The notes: generated by a model not told the origin, from the letters alone. Numbered from the stretch's first letter, positions 17,303-27,449 are shown. The stretch is 42,087 bases of DNA from an uncultured Aquabacterium sp. (GCA_966211865.1 CBIHPZ010000001.1:1-42087), one strand, 5' to 3'. Numbers and translations: made by a program.

Positions 17303-20300
17303 ATGAACGAAATCAAGTTCCGCCTGTCCCTTGACGGTGCCCAGCAGGTGCAGCAGGGCGCTGCCGGCGCCGCGCAGGGCTTGAACCAGCTGGGCACCGC
17401 GGCCAACACCGCGCAGCGCGCTGCGGGCGCCACCGGCAACCAGGTGGCGCAGCTGTCCAACCAGCTGCAGGACCTGATCGTGCAGCTGGAAGGCGGCGTC
17501 AGCCCCATCACCGCGCTGCTGCAGCAGGGGTCGCAGCTGTCGGCGGTGTTCGGTGGGTTCGGCAACACGGTGCGCGGCATCGCCTCGCTGCTGTCGCCCA
17601 CGGTGGTCGCCATCGCGGCGCTGGCCGGCGGCATCGGCGCCTTCGGCCTCGCCGTCAAGTCGGGCCACGACGACGTCGTCGAGCTGGGCAAGGCCGTGCA
17701 GCTCACGGGCAACATGGCCGGCACTACGCAGGGCCAGTTCGATCAGCTCACCAAGAGCATCGCCTCCGGCGCCGATCGATCGCTGAGCGCGCTGCGCGAG
17801 GTGGGCCGCGAGTTGGTGAAGACCGGCCAGGTGGGGCCGCTCGCTTTCCGCGCTACCACCGAAGCGGCCGAGCGGTACGCACAGGTCACCGGCAAGAGTG
17901 CGGCCGATGCCGCCCAGGCGCTTGGGCGGCTTGTGGCTGACCCGCGGCGCTTCGCCGAAGAGAACAGCCGCACCTTCAACATGCTGACGCTGGCGCAGTA
18001 CCAGTACATCAAGTCGCTGCAGGAGCGGGGCCAAACCGAGCAGGCGGCTGCTGTCGTTGCGGAGGCGCTGAACCAGCACCTGCGCAAGATCGACGACAAC
18101 CTCACCGAGGCGGAAAAGCTGCTGCGCAGTGGAAAGAACGCCTGGGATGCGTATTGGGAGGCCGCCAAGGGGGCGGGCAAACCAAAGACCGTTCAGGACG
18201 AACTGGCCGAGCTGGAGCGGCGCCTGAAGGCCGCCCGAGAGGCGCAAGCAGTCAACGGCGGCAGCGACAAGATCACGATCGGTCCGGCGATTGGCGCTGC
18301 TGACCTGAACAAGAACACCGGCCTACCGACCGCCGCGGGCGCCAACTCCGTCGCGGCGATCCTCGCGCAGCAGGCGGATGCGTTTCGCCGTGCGTTCCGG
18401 GAGGCGGAGACCGCAACTGCGCAAGCTCTTCAGGCGGCTGCGCGTGCCGCCGGAACTGACATCGCCGGTCAGTTTGACAAGGCGCGGACGAACGTTGAGC
18501 AGCTCAGCATCGCACTGGAGGCCTTCAAGGCCAAAGCGCGGGAGGCGCGGCTGGGCGTCACCGGCGCCGCCGAGTTGGAGAAGTTCGATAAGGACGTCGA
18601 GCGGAGCCTGGCCAACATCGCCGCCACGTCGGCAGCTGGCCAGCAAGCGTTTTCGATCCTGGTCACGCAGATCAACAGCGCGGCGTCGGTGGCGGCCATC
18701 AGGCTGCAGGCCGGTCAGGCTCAGCTGGACGCGCAAGCGCAGCTCGGCTTGGTGCGGCAGCGGGAGTACATCGAGAAAACGGCTGCCAACCAGGTGGCTG
18801 CGCTCGATACGCAGATCCGGGCGCTGGAGCGGGTCAAGGCGGCCACGGCGGCGCTGCCGTTCGACACTGGCGATCGCGTCGCCTCCCTGCAGGCGCAGAT
18901 CGACGACAAGCGGGCGGAGAAGTTGGCGGCGGAGGCCGGTGCGCGCACAAGGGTGTCGGTGGCCACCGAGTTGCAAACGCGCTCAAGTCGCGAATTGATG
19001 CAGGCGCTTCGCGACGAAGGCGAGCAGCAAATCAACCAGTATCTGGAGCAGCAAGCCAGGCAACGCGCTGCGATCACTAATTTGATCCAGGACTACAAGA
19101 CCAGCGTCGAGGAGGCCATCGAGACGCAGCAGGTCGAGCTCGAGTTGATGTACGCCACCGACACGCAGCGCGATGTCCGGCTGCAGCAGCTGCGCATCGA
19201 AATGGACCTGCGCCGGCGCATCCGCGAAATCAACGCCACGCCCTATAACAGCCAGGAAGAGCGGCAAGACGCGATCGACCGCGCAACCGAGGTTGCCACG
19301 CGCGCCAAGGCCGCGGCGGTGGGCAAGGTCTACGCGGACGAGTTCAAGCGCTACACCCAGCAGATCAGCGACAGCCTGACCGACGCGCTGCTGAACGCCT
19401 TCCACTCGGGCCGCGACGGCCTGAAGGACTTCGGCAAAGACGTCGAACGCATGTTTGAGCAGATGGTGCTCAAGCCCACCATCCAGGCCTACCTGCAGCC
19501 GGTCGTGGGTGCGGCACTGTCGGCGCTGGGTGTTGGCGGGGCCAATGCTTCCGCCGGCGGTGCGGGCAGCAGCTGGCTCAATATGGTCGGCACAGCGGGC
19601 CAGATGGGTGGCGGCTGGGGCAATATCGCCAACACCGTGGGCGGGTGGGTCGGCCTGGGGGGCAGCAGCACCGGTGCTGTCACCGGCGCGCAGATTTACA
19701 ACTCGATGGCGGCTTACGAGGGCATCGCCGCCTCGGAAAGTGCCGCGGCAGCGGCCGGCGGCACCGGCGCCAGCGCGGCATCGGCTGCGATCCCGATCAT
19801 CGGCTGGATCATCGCCGCCTACATGGCGTCCAGCGCGGCCTACAAAGGAGGTGCCACGCACGACATGATCGACGGCGCAGCGCGCTACGCCACGCCCGGC
19901 GGCGGCATCGCGGGAACGCACTACATGGCATTCCGCGACCTGGGGATGTCGGAAAAGTGGGCCACGATCCTGTCCGGCGAAGCGCTGGTTGCGCGGCTCC
20001 TAGGGCACAAACAGAGCGTCAGCGGCTTTGGCATCGGCAGCATTGTCAACGGCGACTTCGTGCAGGGCACCAGCGCGCCGTTCCAGTTCGGCGCCAATGT
20101 GCTGGGCGGTGGGGCGGATGAAGGGCTGCAGGACCTGGTGTCGCGCCTGGCCGGCAGCGTCACGCTGTCGTCGAGCCTCTTCGGTGGCGGCTTGAAGCAG
20201 GGCCTGCGCGTGGGCGCGCTGACCGACCGCGACCGCGAGAACGAGGTGGCGGCGCTGCTTGGCTTCTTCGGAGCGGACAACAAGCTCATCGCCGGCACGC

Positions 20301-22528
20301 AGACCGGAAGCGGTGCCTTCGGCGCCGGCGGCCCGGGCGGCGCGGCCAGCAAGATCGCGTCCGACCAGTTCGAGGGCTGGATCAAGGAACAGATGCCGGT
20401 GCTGCTCATCCAGGGCCTGCAGCAGAGCGACCTGGACAAGCGCTTCGGGGACTACTTCAAGAGCGTCAACGCCGGCAAGCTTGACCCCGAGCTGGCGCAG
20501 CAGATGCTGCAGACCGCCACTGCGGTGGCGCAGCTCACCGAGGCATTTGACCCGCTCGGCGGCGCGCTGGGCCAGTTCAGTGACCTGAGCGTCGCAGCCT
20601 TCGAAAAGCTGGCCACGGCCAGCGGCGGCTTCGACACGCTGGGCCAGAACCTCCAGACCTACTATCAAGCGTTTTACTCGGAGACCGAGCGCACGCAGGG
20701 CGCACTCGAAGGCATCGGCAAGACCCTGAAGGCCGTGGGCATCGACGCGGTGCCCACCACCCGCGAAGGCTTCCGCTCGCTGGTCGATGGCCTCAAAGAC
20801 CTCAGCAGCACCGCCGACCAGCAAGCCTTCGCGGCGCTGATGAAGGTGGCCGGTGCCTTCGATGCCGTGATGGACGCCTCCGACCAGGCGGCCGAGGCCA
20901 TCACGCGCGAGCGCCTGGGCCTGGAAACCCAGCTCCTGCAGCTGCAGGGCAACACCACCGAGCTGCGCCGGCGCGAGCGCGACCAGCTGGACGCGTCGAA
21001 CCGTTCCCTGTACGACCGGATCGTCGGCCTGCAGGACGAGAAGCGCATCAGCGACGAGCGCAAGGGCCTGGAGACGCAGCTGCTGCAGCTGCAGGGCAAC
21101 ACCACCGAGCTGCGCCGCCGCGAGCGGGCCGCGCTGGACGAAAGCAACCGCGCGCTGTACGACCAGGTGCAGGCCCTTGCCGACCAAAAGAGCGCCGTGG
21201 CCCGCGCGCAGCAGGAGGCCGCGGCCGTGTGGGGCCAGCTGGCCCAGTCCCTGGTGCAGGGTGTGGCCAGCGCCTACCAGGCCGTGCAGCAGCAGGTTGA
21301 GGCCGCAAGCCAGCAGGTCAAGACCGACGCCGACGAGCGCAGCCGCAAGGTGCAGACCGACGCGGACACCGCCATCCGCGACCTGGAAAGCAAGGCCAAG
21401 GACGCCGAGCGCAGCTTCAAGACGCTGCTCGACTCCGTCGACGACAACATCCGCAAGCTGCGCGGCGACCTGGCCGGCGACGGCGGCCGCGAACAGGCAC
21501 TGCAGGAGCTGCGGAACGCGCGCGCGGTGCTGGCTTCCGGTGGTCAAGTCGATTTCGAGCGGCTGCGCGACGCCGCCGGCACCGCGTCCAACATCGACGC
21601 CGCCCAGTACGGCTCGCGGCTGGACTTCCAGCGCGAACAGGCCCGCACACTGCAGCTGCTGCGCGAAGTGGGCGCCGGCGGCCGCCAGGGCCTGGCCCAG
21701 GTCACGGCCAGCATCGCGGCGCAGCAGGTGGCGGTGGAGACCGGCGCCGACGAGCAGATCAAGGCCATCGAGAAGGCGCGCGACCAGCAGCTGGCCGCAC
21801 TGCAGAACCAGCTGCACGAAGCCCAGGGCATCGCCGGCACGGTCATCAACATCGACCGCGGCGTCAGCTCGGTGGCCGCTGCCATCGCCGCGCTGAACGC
21901 TGCCGCAACCGCAGCCAAGCAGAACACGAACACCTGGGTGCCCACCACGGGCGGCCAGGACGTGTGGGCCTCCACCGGTGGCGCGGTGGCCACCAAGCCC
22001 ACCGGCAGCCAGTCTGGCGACACGGCGATGATTCAGGGCCGCAGCGGCCAGTTCAGCATCGCGGACGCGCAGGCCTGGGTGCAGGACCGGCTGGCGCAGG
22101 GCGACATCGTCGGCATCTACGCCCGCGCCGTGGCCGAGGGCATCGACAGCCGCAGCCTTGACGCGCTCATGGGCTGGGCGCCCGGCACGTCGCTGGCCGA
22201 GGCGCTGCGCCGCGGCCTGCCGGCCTTCGCCACCGGCAGCGCCTACGTCCCGAACACGGGCCTGGCGTTGGTGCACCAAGGCGAGCGGATCATCCCCGCC
22301 GCGGAGAACGCGGTGCTGATGCGGTTGATCAGCGAGGGCGGTGGTGGCGGTACCAATGCCGCAGTGGTGGCCGAGCTGCGCGCCCAGTTGGCCGAGATGC
22401 GCGCCATGCACGCCGAGCTGATGGACGGCGTCCAGGCGATCGCGCACAGCTCGGAAAAGACGTCCCGAGCCACCGACGACATCGTCAGCGGCCAGGTGGC
22501 CCTGCGCACGCGCGAGGTGACCGCATGA
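17303..22528 (+). CDS. Tape measure protein
   Basis: 1741 aa, Ala/Gln-rich and helical; QLQDLIVQLEGG.SPITALLQQGSQL lambda-type motif; FATG...ALVHQGERIIP C-terminus; 49-aa internal duplication (20918/21065). Confidence 0.93.
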   Translation: MNEIKFRLSLDGAQQVQQGAAGAAQGLNQLGTAANTAQRAAGATGNQVAQLSNQLQDLIVQLEGGVSPITALLQQGSQLSAVFGGFGNTVRGIASLLSPTVVAIAALAGGIGAFGLAVKSGHDDVVELGKAVQLTGNMAGTTQGQFDQLTKSIASGADRSLSALREVGRELVKTGQVGPLAFRATTEAAERYAQVTGKSAADAAQALGRLVADPRRFAEENSRTFNMLTLAQYQYIKSLQERGQTEQAAAVVAEALNQHLRKIDDNLTEAEKLLRSGKNAWDAYWEAAKGAGKPKTVQDELAELERRLKAAREAQAVNGGSDKITIGPAIGAADLNKNTGLPTAAGANSVAAILAQQADAFRRAFREAETATAQALQAAARAAGTDIAGQFDKARTNVEQLSIALEAFKAKAREARLGVTGAAELEKFDKDVERSLANIAATSAAGQQAFSILVTQINSAASVAAIRLQAGQAQLDAQAQLGLVRQREYIEKTAANQVAALDTQIRALERVKAATAALPFDTGDRVASLQAQIDDKRAEKLAAEAGARTRVSVATELQTRSSRELMQALRDEGEQQINQYLEQQARQRAAITNLIQDYKTSVEEAIETQQVELELMYATDTQRDVRLQQLRIEMDLRRRIREINATPYNSQEERQDAIDRATEVATRAKAAAVGKVYADEFKRYTQQISDSLTDALLNAFHSGRDGLKDFGKDVERMFEQMVLKPTIQAYLQPVVGAALSALGVGGANASAGGAGSSWLNMVGTAGQMGGGWGNIANTVGGWVGLGGSSTGAVTGAQIYNSMAAYEGIAASESAAAAAGGTGASAASAAIPIIGWIIAAYMASSAAYKGGATHDMIDGAARYATPGGGIAGTHYMAFRDLGMSEKWATILSGEALVARLLGHKQSVSGFGIGSIVNGDFVQGTSAPFQFGANVLGGGADEGLQDLVSRLAGSVTLSSSLFGGGLKQGLRVGALTDRDRENEVAALLGFFGADNKLIAGTQTGSGAFGAGGPGGAASKIASDQFEGWIKEQMPVLLIQGLQQSDLDKRFGDYFKSVNAGKLDPELAQQMLQTATAVAQLTEAFDPLGGALGQFSDLSVAAFEKLATASGGFDTLGQNLQTYYQAFYSETERTQGALEGIGKTLKAVGIDAVPTTREGFRSLVDGLKDLSSTADQQAFAALMKVAGAFDAVMDASDQAAEAITRERLGLETQLLQLQGNTTELRRRERDQLDASNRSLYDRIVGLQDEKRISDERKGLETQLLQLQGNTTELRRRERAALDESNRALYDQVQALADQKSAVARAQQEAAAVWGQLAQSLVQGVASAYQAVQQQVEAASQQVKTDADERSRKVQTDADTAIRDLESKAKDAERSFKTLLDSVDDNIRKLRGDLAGDGGREQALQELRNARAVLASGGQVDFERLRDAAGTASNIDAAQYGSRLDFQREQARTLQLLREVGAGGRQGLAQVTASIAAQQVAVETGADEQIKAIEKARDQQLAALQNQLHEAQGIAGTVINIDRGVSSVAAAIAALNAAATAAKQNTNTWVPTTGGQDVWASTGGAVATKPTGSQSGDTAMIQGRSGQFSIADAQAWVQDRLAQGDIVGIYARAVAEGIDSRSLDALMGWAPGTSLAEALRRGLPAFATGSAYVPNTGLALVHQGERIIPAAENAVLMRLISEGGGGGTNAAVVAELRAQLAEMRAMHAELMDGVQAIAHSSEKTSRATDDIVSGQVALRTREVTA

Positions 22529-23433
22529 AGGTGATTGCCCCGATCGCCATCACGCCGGCGATGGTCACCTCTTCGTCGCTGCCGGAGACCGACTACCCGG
22601 TGTGGAGCAGCGCCACCACCTACGCGGCCGCCGCGCGCGTCATCAAGGGCCACAAGGTGTGGGAAAGCGTGCATGCCGGCAACGTCGGCGCCGGCAACGA
22701 CCCCGAGACCGACACCGCGCATGAGCACTGGCTCGAGGTGAGCCCCACGAACAAGTTCGCCATGTTCGACACCTCCATCAGCACCGTGAGCCGGGCGGCC
22801 ACGGACATCGAGGTGCAGATCACGCCGGGCACGATCGTCGATTCCCTGGCCATCATCGCCGGCATCGGCGACACGGTGCGGGTGCAGATGCACGACGGCG
22901 CCACCTCGGTCTATGACGAGACGCAGAGCCTGGACAGCACGCCCATCCTCGATTGGGATGACTACTTTTTCAGCGACTTCGTGCTGGCCGGCGAGCTGAT
23001 CTTTGAGAACCTGCCCGCGTTCTTTTACGGCGTTATCACCGTGACGATCACCGCCGCGTCGGGCGAGGCGGCCGTGGGCGCGCTGGTGATCGGCCGCATG
23101 CACGACCTGGGCGTCACGCAGCGCAGCGCTGGCGCCGGCTTCACCGACTACTCGCTGGCGGAGGAAGACCGCTGGGGCAATGTGAAGCTCGCAAAGGGCG
23201 ATTTCGCCCGCCACAACAACATTCGCTTCTCGGTGCCGCGCGAAAGCCTGCGCCGCGTGGAAGCCATCGTGGCCAGCTGTCGGGGCGGTGCCGCGGTCTG
23301 GATCGGCACCGAGTACACGACGCGTTATCCGCTCGTGGTGTACGGCTGGTGCCGGTCCTTCGACATGGACCTGAAGGGCCAGCAGGGCCTGTCCTATTGC
23401 ACCCTCGAAGTTCGGGGCCTCCCACAGAGCTGA
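22525..23433 (+). CDS. Tail tip/distal tail protein
   Basis: Directly after the TMP with ATGA coupling; W...TTY...RV carbohydrate-binding-like insert. Confidence 0.6.
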   Translation: MKVIAPIAITPAMVTSSSLPETDYPVWSSATTYAAAARVIKGHKVWESVHAGNVGAGNDPETDTAHEHWLEVSPTNKFAMFDTSISTVSRAATDIEVQITPGTIVDSLAIIAGIGDTVRVQMHDGATSVYDETQSLDSTPILDWDDYFFSDFVLAGELIFENLPAFFYGVITVTITAASGEAAVGALVIGRMHDLGVTQRSAGAGFTDYSLAEEDRWGNVKLAKGDFARHNNIRFSVPRESLRRVEAIVASCRGGAAVWIGTEYTTRYPLVVYGWCRSFDMDLKGQQGLSYCTLEVRGLPQS

Positions 23434-23442
23434 AGGCTGAGC

Positions 23443-24816
23443 ATGCCGATTCCCACCATCACCCCGATGACCACCCCGGTGCCCAGCCGGGCCGACCGCG
23501 CGAACTTCCGGGCGCGCGCCGACGTGACGCTGAGCGAAATTCCGCCGACGGTGGACGCCATCAACGTGGCCATCGCGGGAATCAATGCCGCGGCGGTGTC
23601 CACCACCACGGATGCTGCATCGGCGGCCCAGTCCGCGCTGTCGGCGCTGGGTGCTGCGAACTACAAGGGCGAGTGGTCCACGCTCACTGGCGCGCTCGCC
23701 ATCCCGGCCGCGGTGTCGCACAACGGCGTCGTCTACGTCCTCAAGGCGAACACTGCCGATGTGACGGCCATCGTGCCTGGCGTGTCGTCGCAATGGTTGG
23801 CCGCGTTCTCCACGCCCCTGTACGCGCTGCCCATCATGCAGGCCAACGCCGGCTACGTGGCGGCCAGCGCCATGGAAGTTCTCGGTGCCGTCGACGCCGA
23901 TTCGCTGCTCGGCGGCGTCTCGGGGCCCGTGCACTGCGCCTACAGCGGAAGCAACTTCGTCGTGTCTTCGGGCCTGTCCACCGACAAGGTGGCCACCAGC
24001 CCTGACGGTGAGACTTGGACACTGCGCACGCTGCCGTCCGCGCAGCCCTGGGGCCACATCGCATCGGATGGCGCGGGCACTCTGATCATCACCACGCCTG
24101 GCAGCAGCAAGGTCGCGAAGAGCACGAACCACGGCGTCACCTGGTCCGCGCTGTCCGACCTGCCGGGTGCGTACCTGAACAGCAGCAACACCGGCATGCA
24201 CTACGTCGGCGGTCTGTTCTTGATCCCCTCCGGCAACACCAGCGCGTCCTACATCACGAGCCCGGACGGAACGTCCTGGACGTCGCGCGCAGGACTGGGG
24301 GGCGGCGTGGACAACAACGCCCAGTTCCGCATGGTCGGCACCAAGCTCTGGTTCCGCGTGTCGGCCACATCCACGAACGCCTACACCTCGCCCGACGGCA
24401 TCAACTGGACCCTCCAGGCGGGCAGCGTTCCCGCCGGCACCATGGTCACGGGCACGTTCCCAGACGGCAGCCTGTGGGGCTGCATCGGCAGCCTGCTGTA
24501 CCGCACCACCGACGGCATCACCTGGACGCTGCAGAGCATGCGCACCCCGGTGGCCGGCACGCTGCCCGCGGTGGTCAACGGCGTGATGATGGTGATGACC
24601 AGCCAGCTCATCTACACCTACGACCAAGGCGTGTGGACGGCGCGCGCAAAGGGCCTGGTCACGGCTGTCGACCTGCCCCAGCAGTGGAGTGCGCTGCACT
24701 TCGCGAACCGTGGCCACGTCGGGGGTCTCTTCCTCCAGCTGGCTCACATTGCAGGCCGCACGGCGGCCATCAAGCCGGGCAGCGGTTCCGCGTCCGGCCT
24801 CTTCCGAAAGGCTTGA
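23443..24816 (+). CDS. Tail fibre/receptor-binding protein with Asp-box (BNR) beta-propeller
   Basis: N-terminal PVPSRADRANFRARAD anchor; repeats TSPDGETWT, STNHGVTWS, TSPDGTSWT, TSPDGINWT, TTDGITWT. Confidence 0.75.
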   Translation: MPIPTITPMTTPVPSRADRANFRARADVTLSEIPPTVDAINVAIAGINAAAVSTTTDAASAAQSALSALGAANYKGEWSTLTGALAIPAAVSHNGVVYVLKANTADVTAIVPGVSSQWLAAFSTPLYALPIMQANAGYVAASAMEVLGAVDADSLLGGVSGPVHCAYSGSNFVVSSGLSTDKVATSPDGETWTLRTLPSAQPWGHIASDGAGTLIITTPGSSKVAKSTNHGVTWSALSDLPGAYLNSSNTGMHYVGGLFLIPSGNTSASYITSPDGTSWTSRAGLGGGVDNNAQFRMVGTKLWFRVSATSTNAYTSPDGINWTLQAGSVPAGTMVTGTFPDGSLWGCIGSLLYRTTDGITWTLQSMRTPVAGTLPAVVNGVMMVMTSQLIYTYDQGVWTARAKGLVTAVDLPQQWSALHFANRGHVGGLFLQLAHIAGRTAAIKPGSGSASGLFRKA

Positions 24817-24817
24817 C

Positions 24818-25258
24818 ATGGCCGCTCACCTCTTTGATTACTGGGGCTGGTACGCCGGCCCCGCCCCGGACGGCGCCCCCCGCAGCACCACCGAAGCGCC
24901 GGCGAACACCAGCACCAGCGACGCGCCCGGCGCAATGCGTGCCAACTGGACCGGCCACGAGTGGATTGAGTTGCCCTATGCCGTGCCGGATCCGCTGCCT
25001 GCGCCAACGGTGCCGGTGCCGCAGTCGGTCACAAAGCGGCAGGCGCGGCAGGCGCTGCTGCTGGCTGGCTTGCTCGACCAGGTGCAGGCGAAGATCGACG
25101 CCATCCCGGACGCGACCGCGCGCGGCATGGCGCAAATCGAGTGGGACGACAGCCAGGCGTACGAGCGCAACCGGCCCATCCTCATCAGCCTGGGCACAGC
25201 GCTCGGCCTCAGCAGCGGCGACCTGGACCAGCTCTTCCGCACGGCGGCCGCGCTATGA
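24818..25258 (+). CDS. Tail fibre-associated (assembly/chaperone-like) protein
   Basis: VPQSVTKRQARQALL...IEWDDS...LDQLFRTAAAL pattern typical after fibre genes. Confidence 0.6.
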   Translation: MAAHLFDYWGWYAGPAPDGAPRSTTEAPANTSTSDAPGAMRANWTGHEWIELPYAVPDPLPAPTVPVPQSVTKRQARQALLLAGLLDQVQAKIDAIPDATARGMAQIEWDDSQAYERNRPILISLGTALGLSSGDLDQLFRTAAAL

Positions 25259-25632
25259 CCACCGTGCTCGGCCTCGGCGTGGCGCTGTTCGTTTACCTGA
25301 TGGTGGGTGCTGTCATCGCCGCGCTATCGCACAACTTGAGCGTCGGCGGCTGGCTGCACCAGCTGTTCCTGGTGATCGACCAGGCGCTGAACGTGCTGCT
25401 CACGCCGTTCCATCGCGGTGCCTGGGCTGACGAAACCATGAGCGCGCGCGCCTGGCGCGCCGACCGCGATGGGCGATGGTGGGGCCGCATCACCCGGCCC
25501 GTCATCGACTGGCTCTTTGCCTGGCAGCACGCTGAGGGTGGCCACTGCCGGCGAGCCTACGAACGCGAGCGCGAGCGGATGCACAGCCCGCCAGAAACGC
25601 GCGCACTTCCCGATTCAACGACCACAGGGTGA
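25255..25632 (+). CDS. Conserved phage membrane protein
   Basis: N-terminal TM helix; IDQALNV...DETMSARAWR...IDWLF...HC motif. Confidence 0.6.
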   Translation: MTTVLGLGVALFVYLMVGAVIAALSHNLSVGGWLHQLFLVIDQALNVLLTPFHRGAWADETMSARAWRADRDGRWWGRITRPVIDWLFAWQHAEGGHCRRAYERERERMHSPPETRALPDSTTTG

Positions 25633-25877
25633 TCGACATGCAGACCATTTCCGCCCCGCCCGCAGAGGGTGGCCTGGTGGGTCCCACGAAGGCGGCCACC
25701 GTGTGGGCCGGCGCCTGGCTTGGCCACCTTGGCATCGGCAGCTGGGGCGATGCCGCGGCGGCCGCGGCCTTCGTCTACTCGCTGCTCCTGATCGCGGGAT
25801 GGGTCGGCCGCCGCATCGCGCGCTGGCGTGCTGGCCAGAGCCTCGAGGCCGAAGACACCGGCCGGGGTGGTCTGTGA
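25629..25877 (+). CDS. Putative holin
   Basis: Small hydrophobic protein immediately before the endolysin. Confidence 0.6.
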   Translation: MIDMQTISAPPAEGGLVGPTKAATVWAGAWLGHLGIGSWGDAAAAAAFVYSLLLIAGWVGRRIARWRAGQSLEAEDTGRGGL

Positions 25878-26653
25878 TGGCTGCGGCCCGCCTGCCGGAT
25901 CCGGCGCTGCCCTGGCCCATCTGCATGCCGGCGGTGGCGCTCATCGCCGAGCGCGAGGGCTGCCGCCTGCGCGCCTACCTGTGCCCCGCCGGCGTGTGGA
26001 CCTGCGGCTGGGGCGAGACCGATGGCGTGGGCCCGAACACCGTCTGGACGCAGGCCTTCGCCGACCAGCGCTTCTGCGACTCGCTGGCCGAGCGCACAGA
26101 GGCCGTGCGTGCGCTGTGCACGCGCGAGCCCACGCCGCAGCAGCTCGGGGCCATGGTCTCGCTGGCGTACAACATCGGCGTGGCCGGCTTCAAGGGCAGC
26201 ACCGTGCTGCGCCAGCACAATGCCGGCAACCACGCCGCGGCCGCGCGCGCATTCAACCTCTGGAACAAGGCGCGCGACCCGAAGACCAAGCAGCTGGTCG
26301 AGCTGCCCGGCCTCACGTCCCGCCGGGCGGCCGAAGCCGCGTTGTACCTGCAGCCGCACGTCGACGACCAGCCGGCGCCGATGCCCCAGGCAGTGCAGCC
26401 GGAGTCGAAGCCGGCCGCCGGGCCGGTGGCCGCCAGCGGCATCACCGTGGCCAGCGCCGGCGGGCTCATCGCCTCGCTCGGCCCCCTCAGCGAGCAGCTG
26501 GGCGCGGTGAAGACCGCGCTGGCGGCCGCCCGCGGCGTGCTGGTCGACACGCTCGGCGTGCCGCCCGGCTGGATCCTGCCGCTGCTGCTGATCGGCGCCG
26601 GCGCCGTCATCGTGCGCTACCGCTACCTCCAGCGGCGCGAGGGCTGGGCGTGA
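25877..26653 (+). CDS. Endolysin (T4-lysozyme/GH24 family) with C-terminal hydrophobic helices
   Basis: E-x8-C-x5-T triad (EGCRLRAYLCPAGVWT), AMVSLAYNIG and LPGLTSRRAAE motifs. Confidence 0.9.
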   Translation: MAAARLPDPALPWPICMPAVALIAEREGCRLRAYLCPAGVWTCGWGETDGVGPNTVWTQAFADQRFCDSLAERTEAVRALCTREPTPQQLGAMVSLAYNIGVAGFKGSTVLRQHNAGNHAAAARAFNLWNKARDPKTKQLVELPGLTSRRAAEAALYLQPHVDDQPAPMPQAVQPESKPAAGPVAASGITVASAGGLIASLGPLSEQLGAVKTALAAARGVLVDTLGVPPGWILPLLLIGAGAVIVRYRYLQRREGWA

Positions 26654-26967
26654 AGGCGGTGCACACCCCGGGCCTATCGGCGGTGCTGGACATCGACGAT
26701 GACGACGCCTACGCCACGGCCTACGCCACGCTGCAGCCCGGGCAGTTCGAAATCGTCTCCACGCCTGCTGGCCAGCGCCGCTTCTGGTTCGTGTGCCCGG
26801 GCCCTTGCAAGACCCTGGCGCCCCTCGCACTGCGGCCGGTGGTCGACGGCAGCCAGCAGTCCTGGGACTTCGACGGCAACGTCGAAGCGCCCACGCTGCA
26901 CCCGTCCATCAACCACGTCGGGTGCTGGCACGGTTGGCTGCAGGGCGGGGGGTTCCGGCTGTGCTGA
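26650..26967 (+). CDS. DUF6527-like small Cys/His protein
   Basis: WFVCPGPC...WDFDGNVEAPTLHPSINHVGCWHGWL motif. Confidence 0.6.
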   Translation: MKAVHTPGLSAVLDIDDDDAYATAYATLQPGQFEIVSTPAGQRRFWFVCPGPCKTLAPLALRPVVDGSQQSWDFDGNVEAPTLHPSINHVGCWHGWLQGGGFRLC

Positions 26968-27446
26968 CCGGCCTGGCCAGCTTCGCCCGCCTGGTGCCCG
27001 TGTGGGCCTGGATGCTGGCCGCGCTGCTGGCCTGGGGCGGGTTCCAGAAGCACCGCGCCGGCGCAGCCGGTGCCCAGCTGCAGCGCGTGCAGGCCGCTGC
27101 CGCCATCGAGCGCGAGCAGGCCCTGCAGGCGTCCATCACCGAGACCCAGCGGCGCCTCGCCGCACAACAGGAGATTGCGCATGCCGCCGATCAAGCCGCG
27201 TCGCGCGCCCGTGCTGATGCCAGCGCTGCTGCTGGTGCTGCTGGCCGGCTGCGCGAGCGCATCGCTGCCCTCCAGGCCATCGCCCGGTCCAGTGATCCCG
27301 CCGCTGCCGGCCCAGGCCCGGCAGACCGGCTCGGCGACGCACTCGCAGCGTGCGCTGGCCGATATCGAGACGTGGCTGCAGCCGCCGACCGCGCCATCCT
27401 CGCCGGCCAGGCGTGCGAGCGCGCCTACGGCGCCTTGACGGACTGA
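26961..27446 (+). CDS. i-spanin (Rz-like)
   Basis: N-terminal TM helix, Ala-rich coiled coil, ADRAILAGQACERAY C-terminus. Confidence 0.8.
   Translation: MLTGLASFARLVPVWAWMLAALLAWGGFQKHRAGAAGAQLQRVQAAAAIEREQALQASITETQRRLAAQQEIAHAADQAASRARADASAAAGAAGRLRERIAALQAIARSSDPAAAGPGPADRLGDALAACAGRYRDVAAAADRAILAGQACERAYGALTD
27181..27438 (+). CDS. o-spanin (Rz1-like lipoprotein), embedded in Rz
   Basis: Lipobox LLAGC, Pro-rich, alternate frame inside Rz. Confidence 0.8.
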   Translation: MPPIKPRRAPVLMPALLLVLLAGCASASLPSRPSPGPVIPPLPAQARQTGSATHSQRALADIETWLQPPTAPSSPARRASAPTAP

Positions 27447-27449
27447 AGC

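Noticed and set aside
23443..24816. Tail fibre as a third DGR target
   Set aside because: No TR homology, IMH tail or GCA hairpin found at its 3' end by eye; a BLASTn of TR against the genome would confirm
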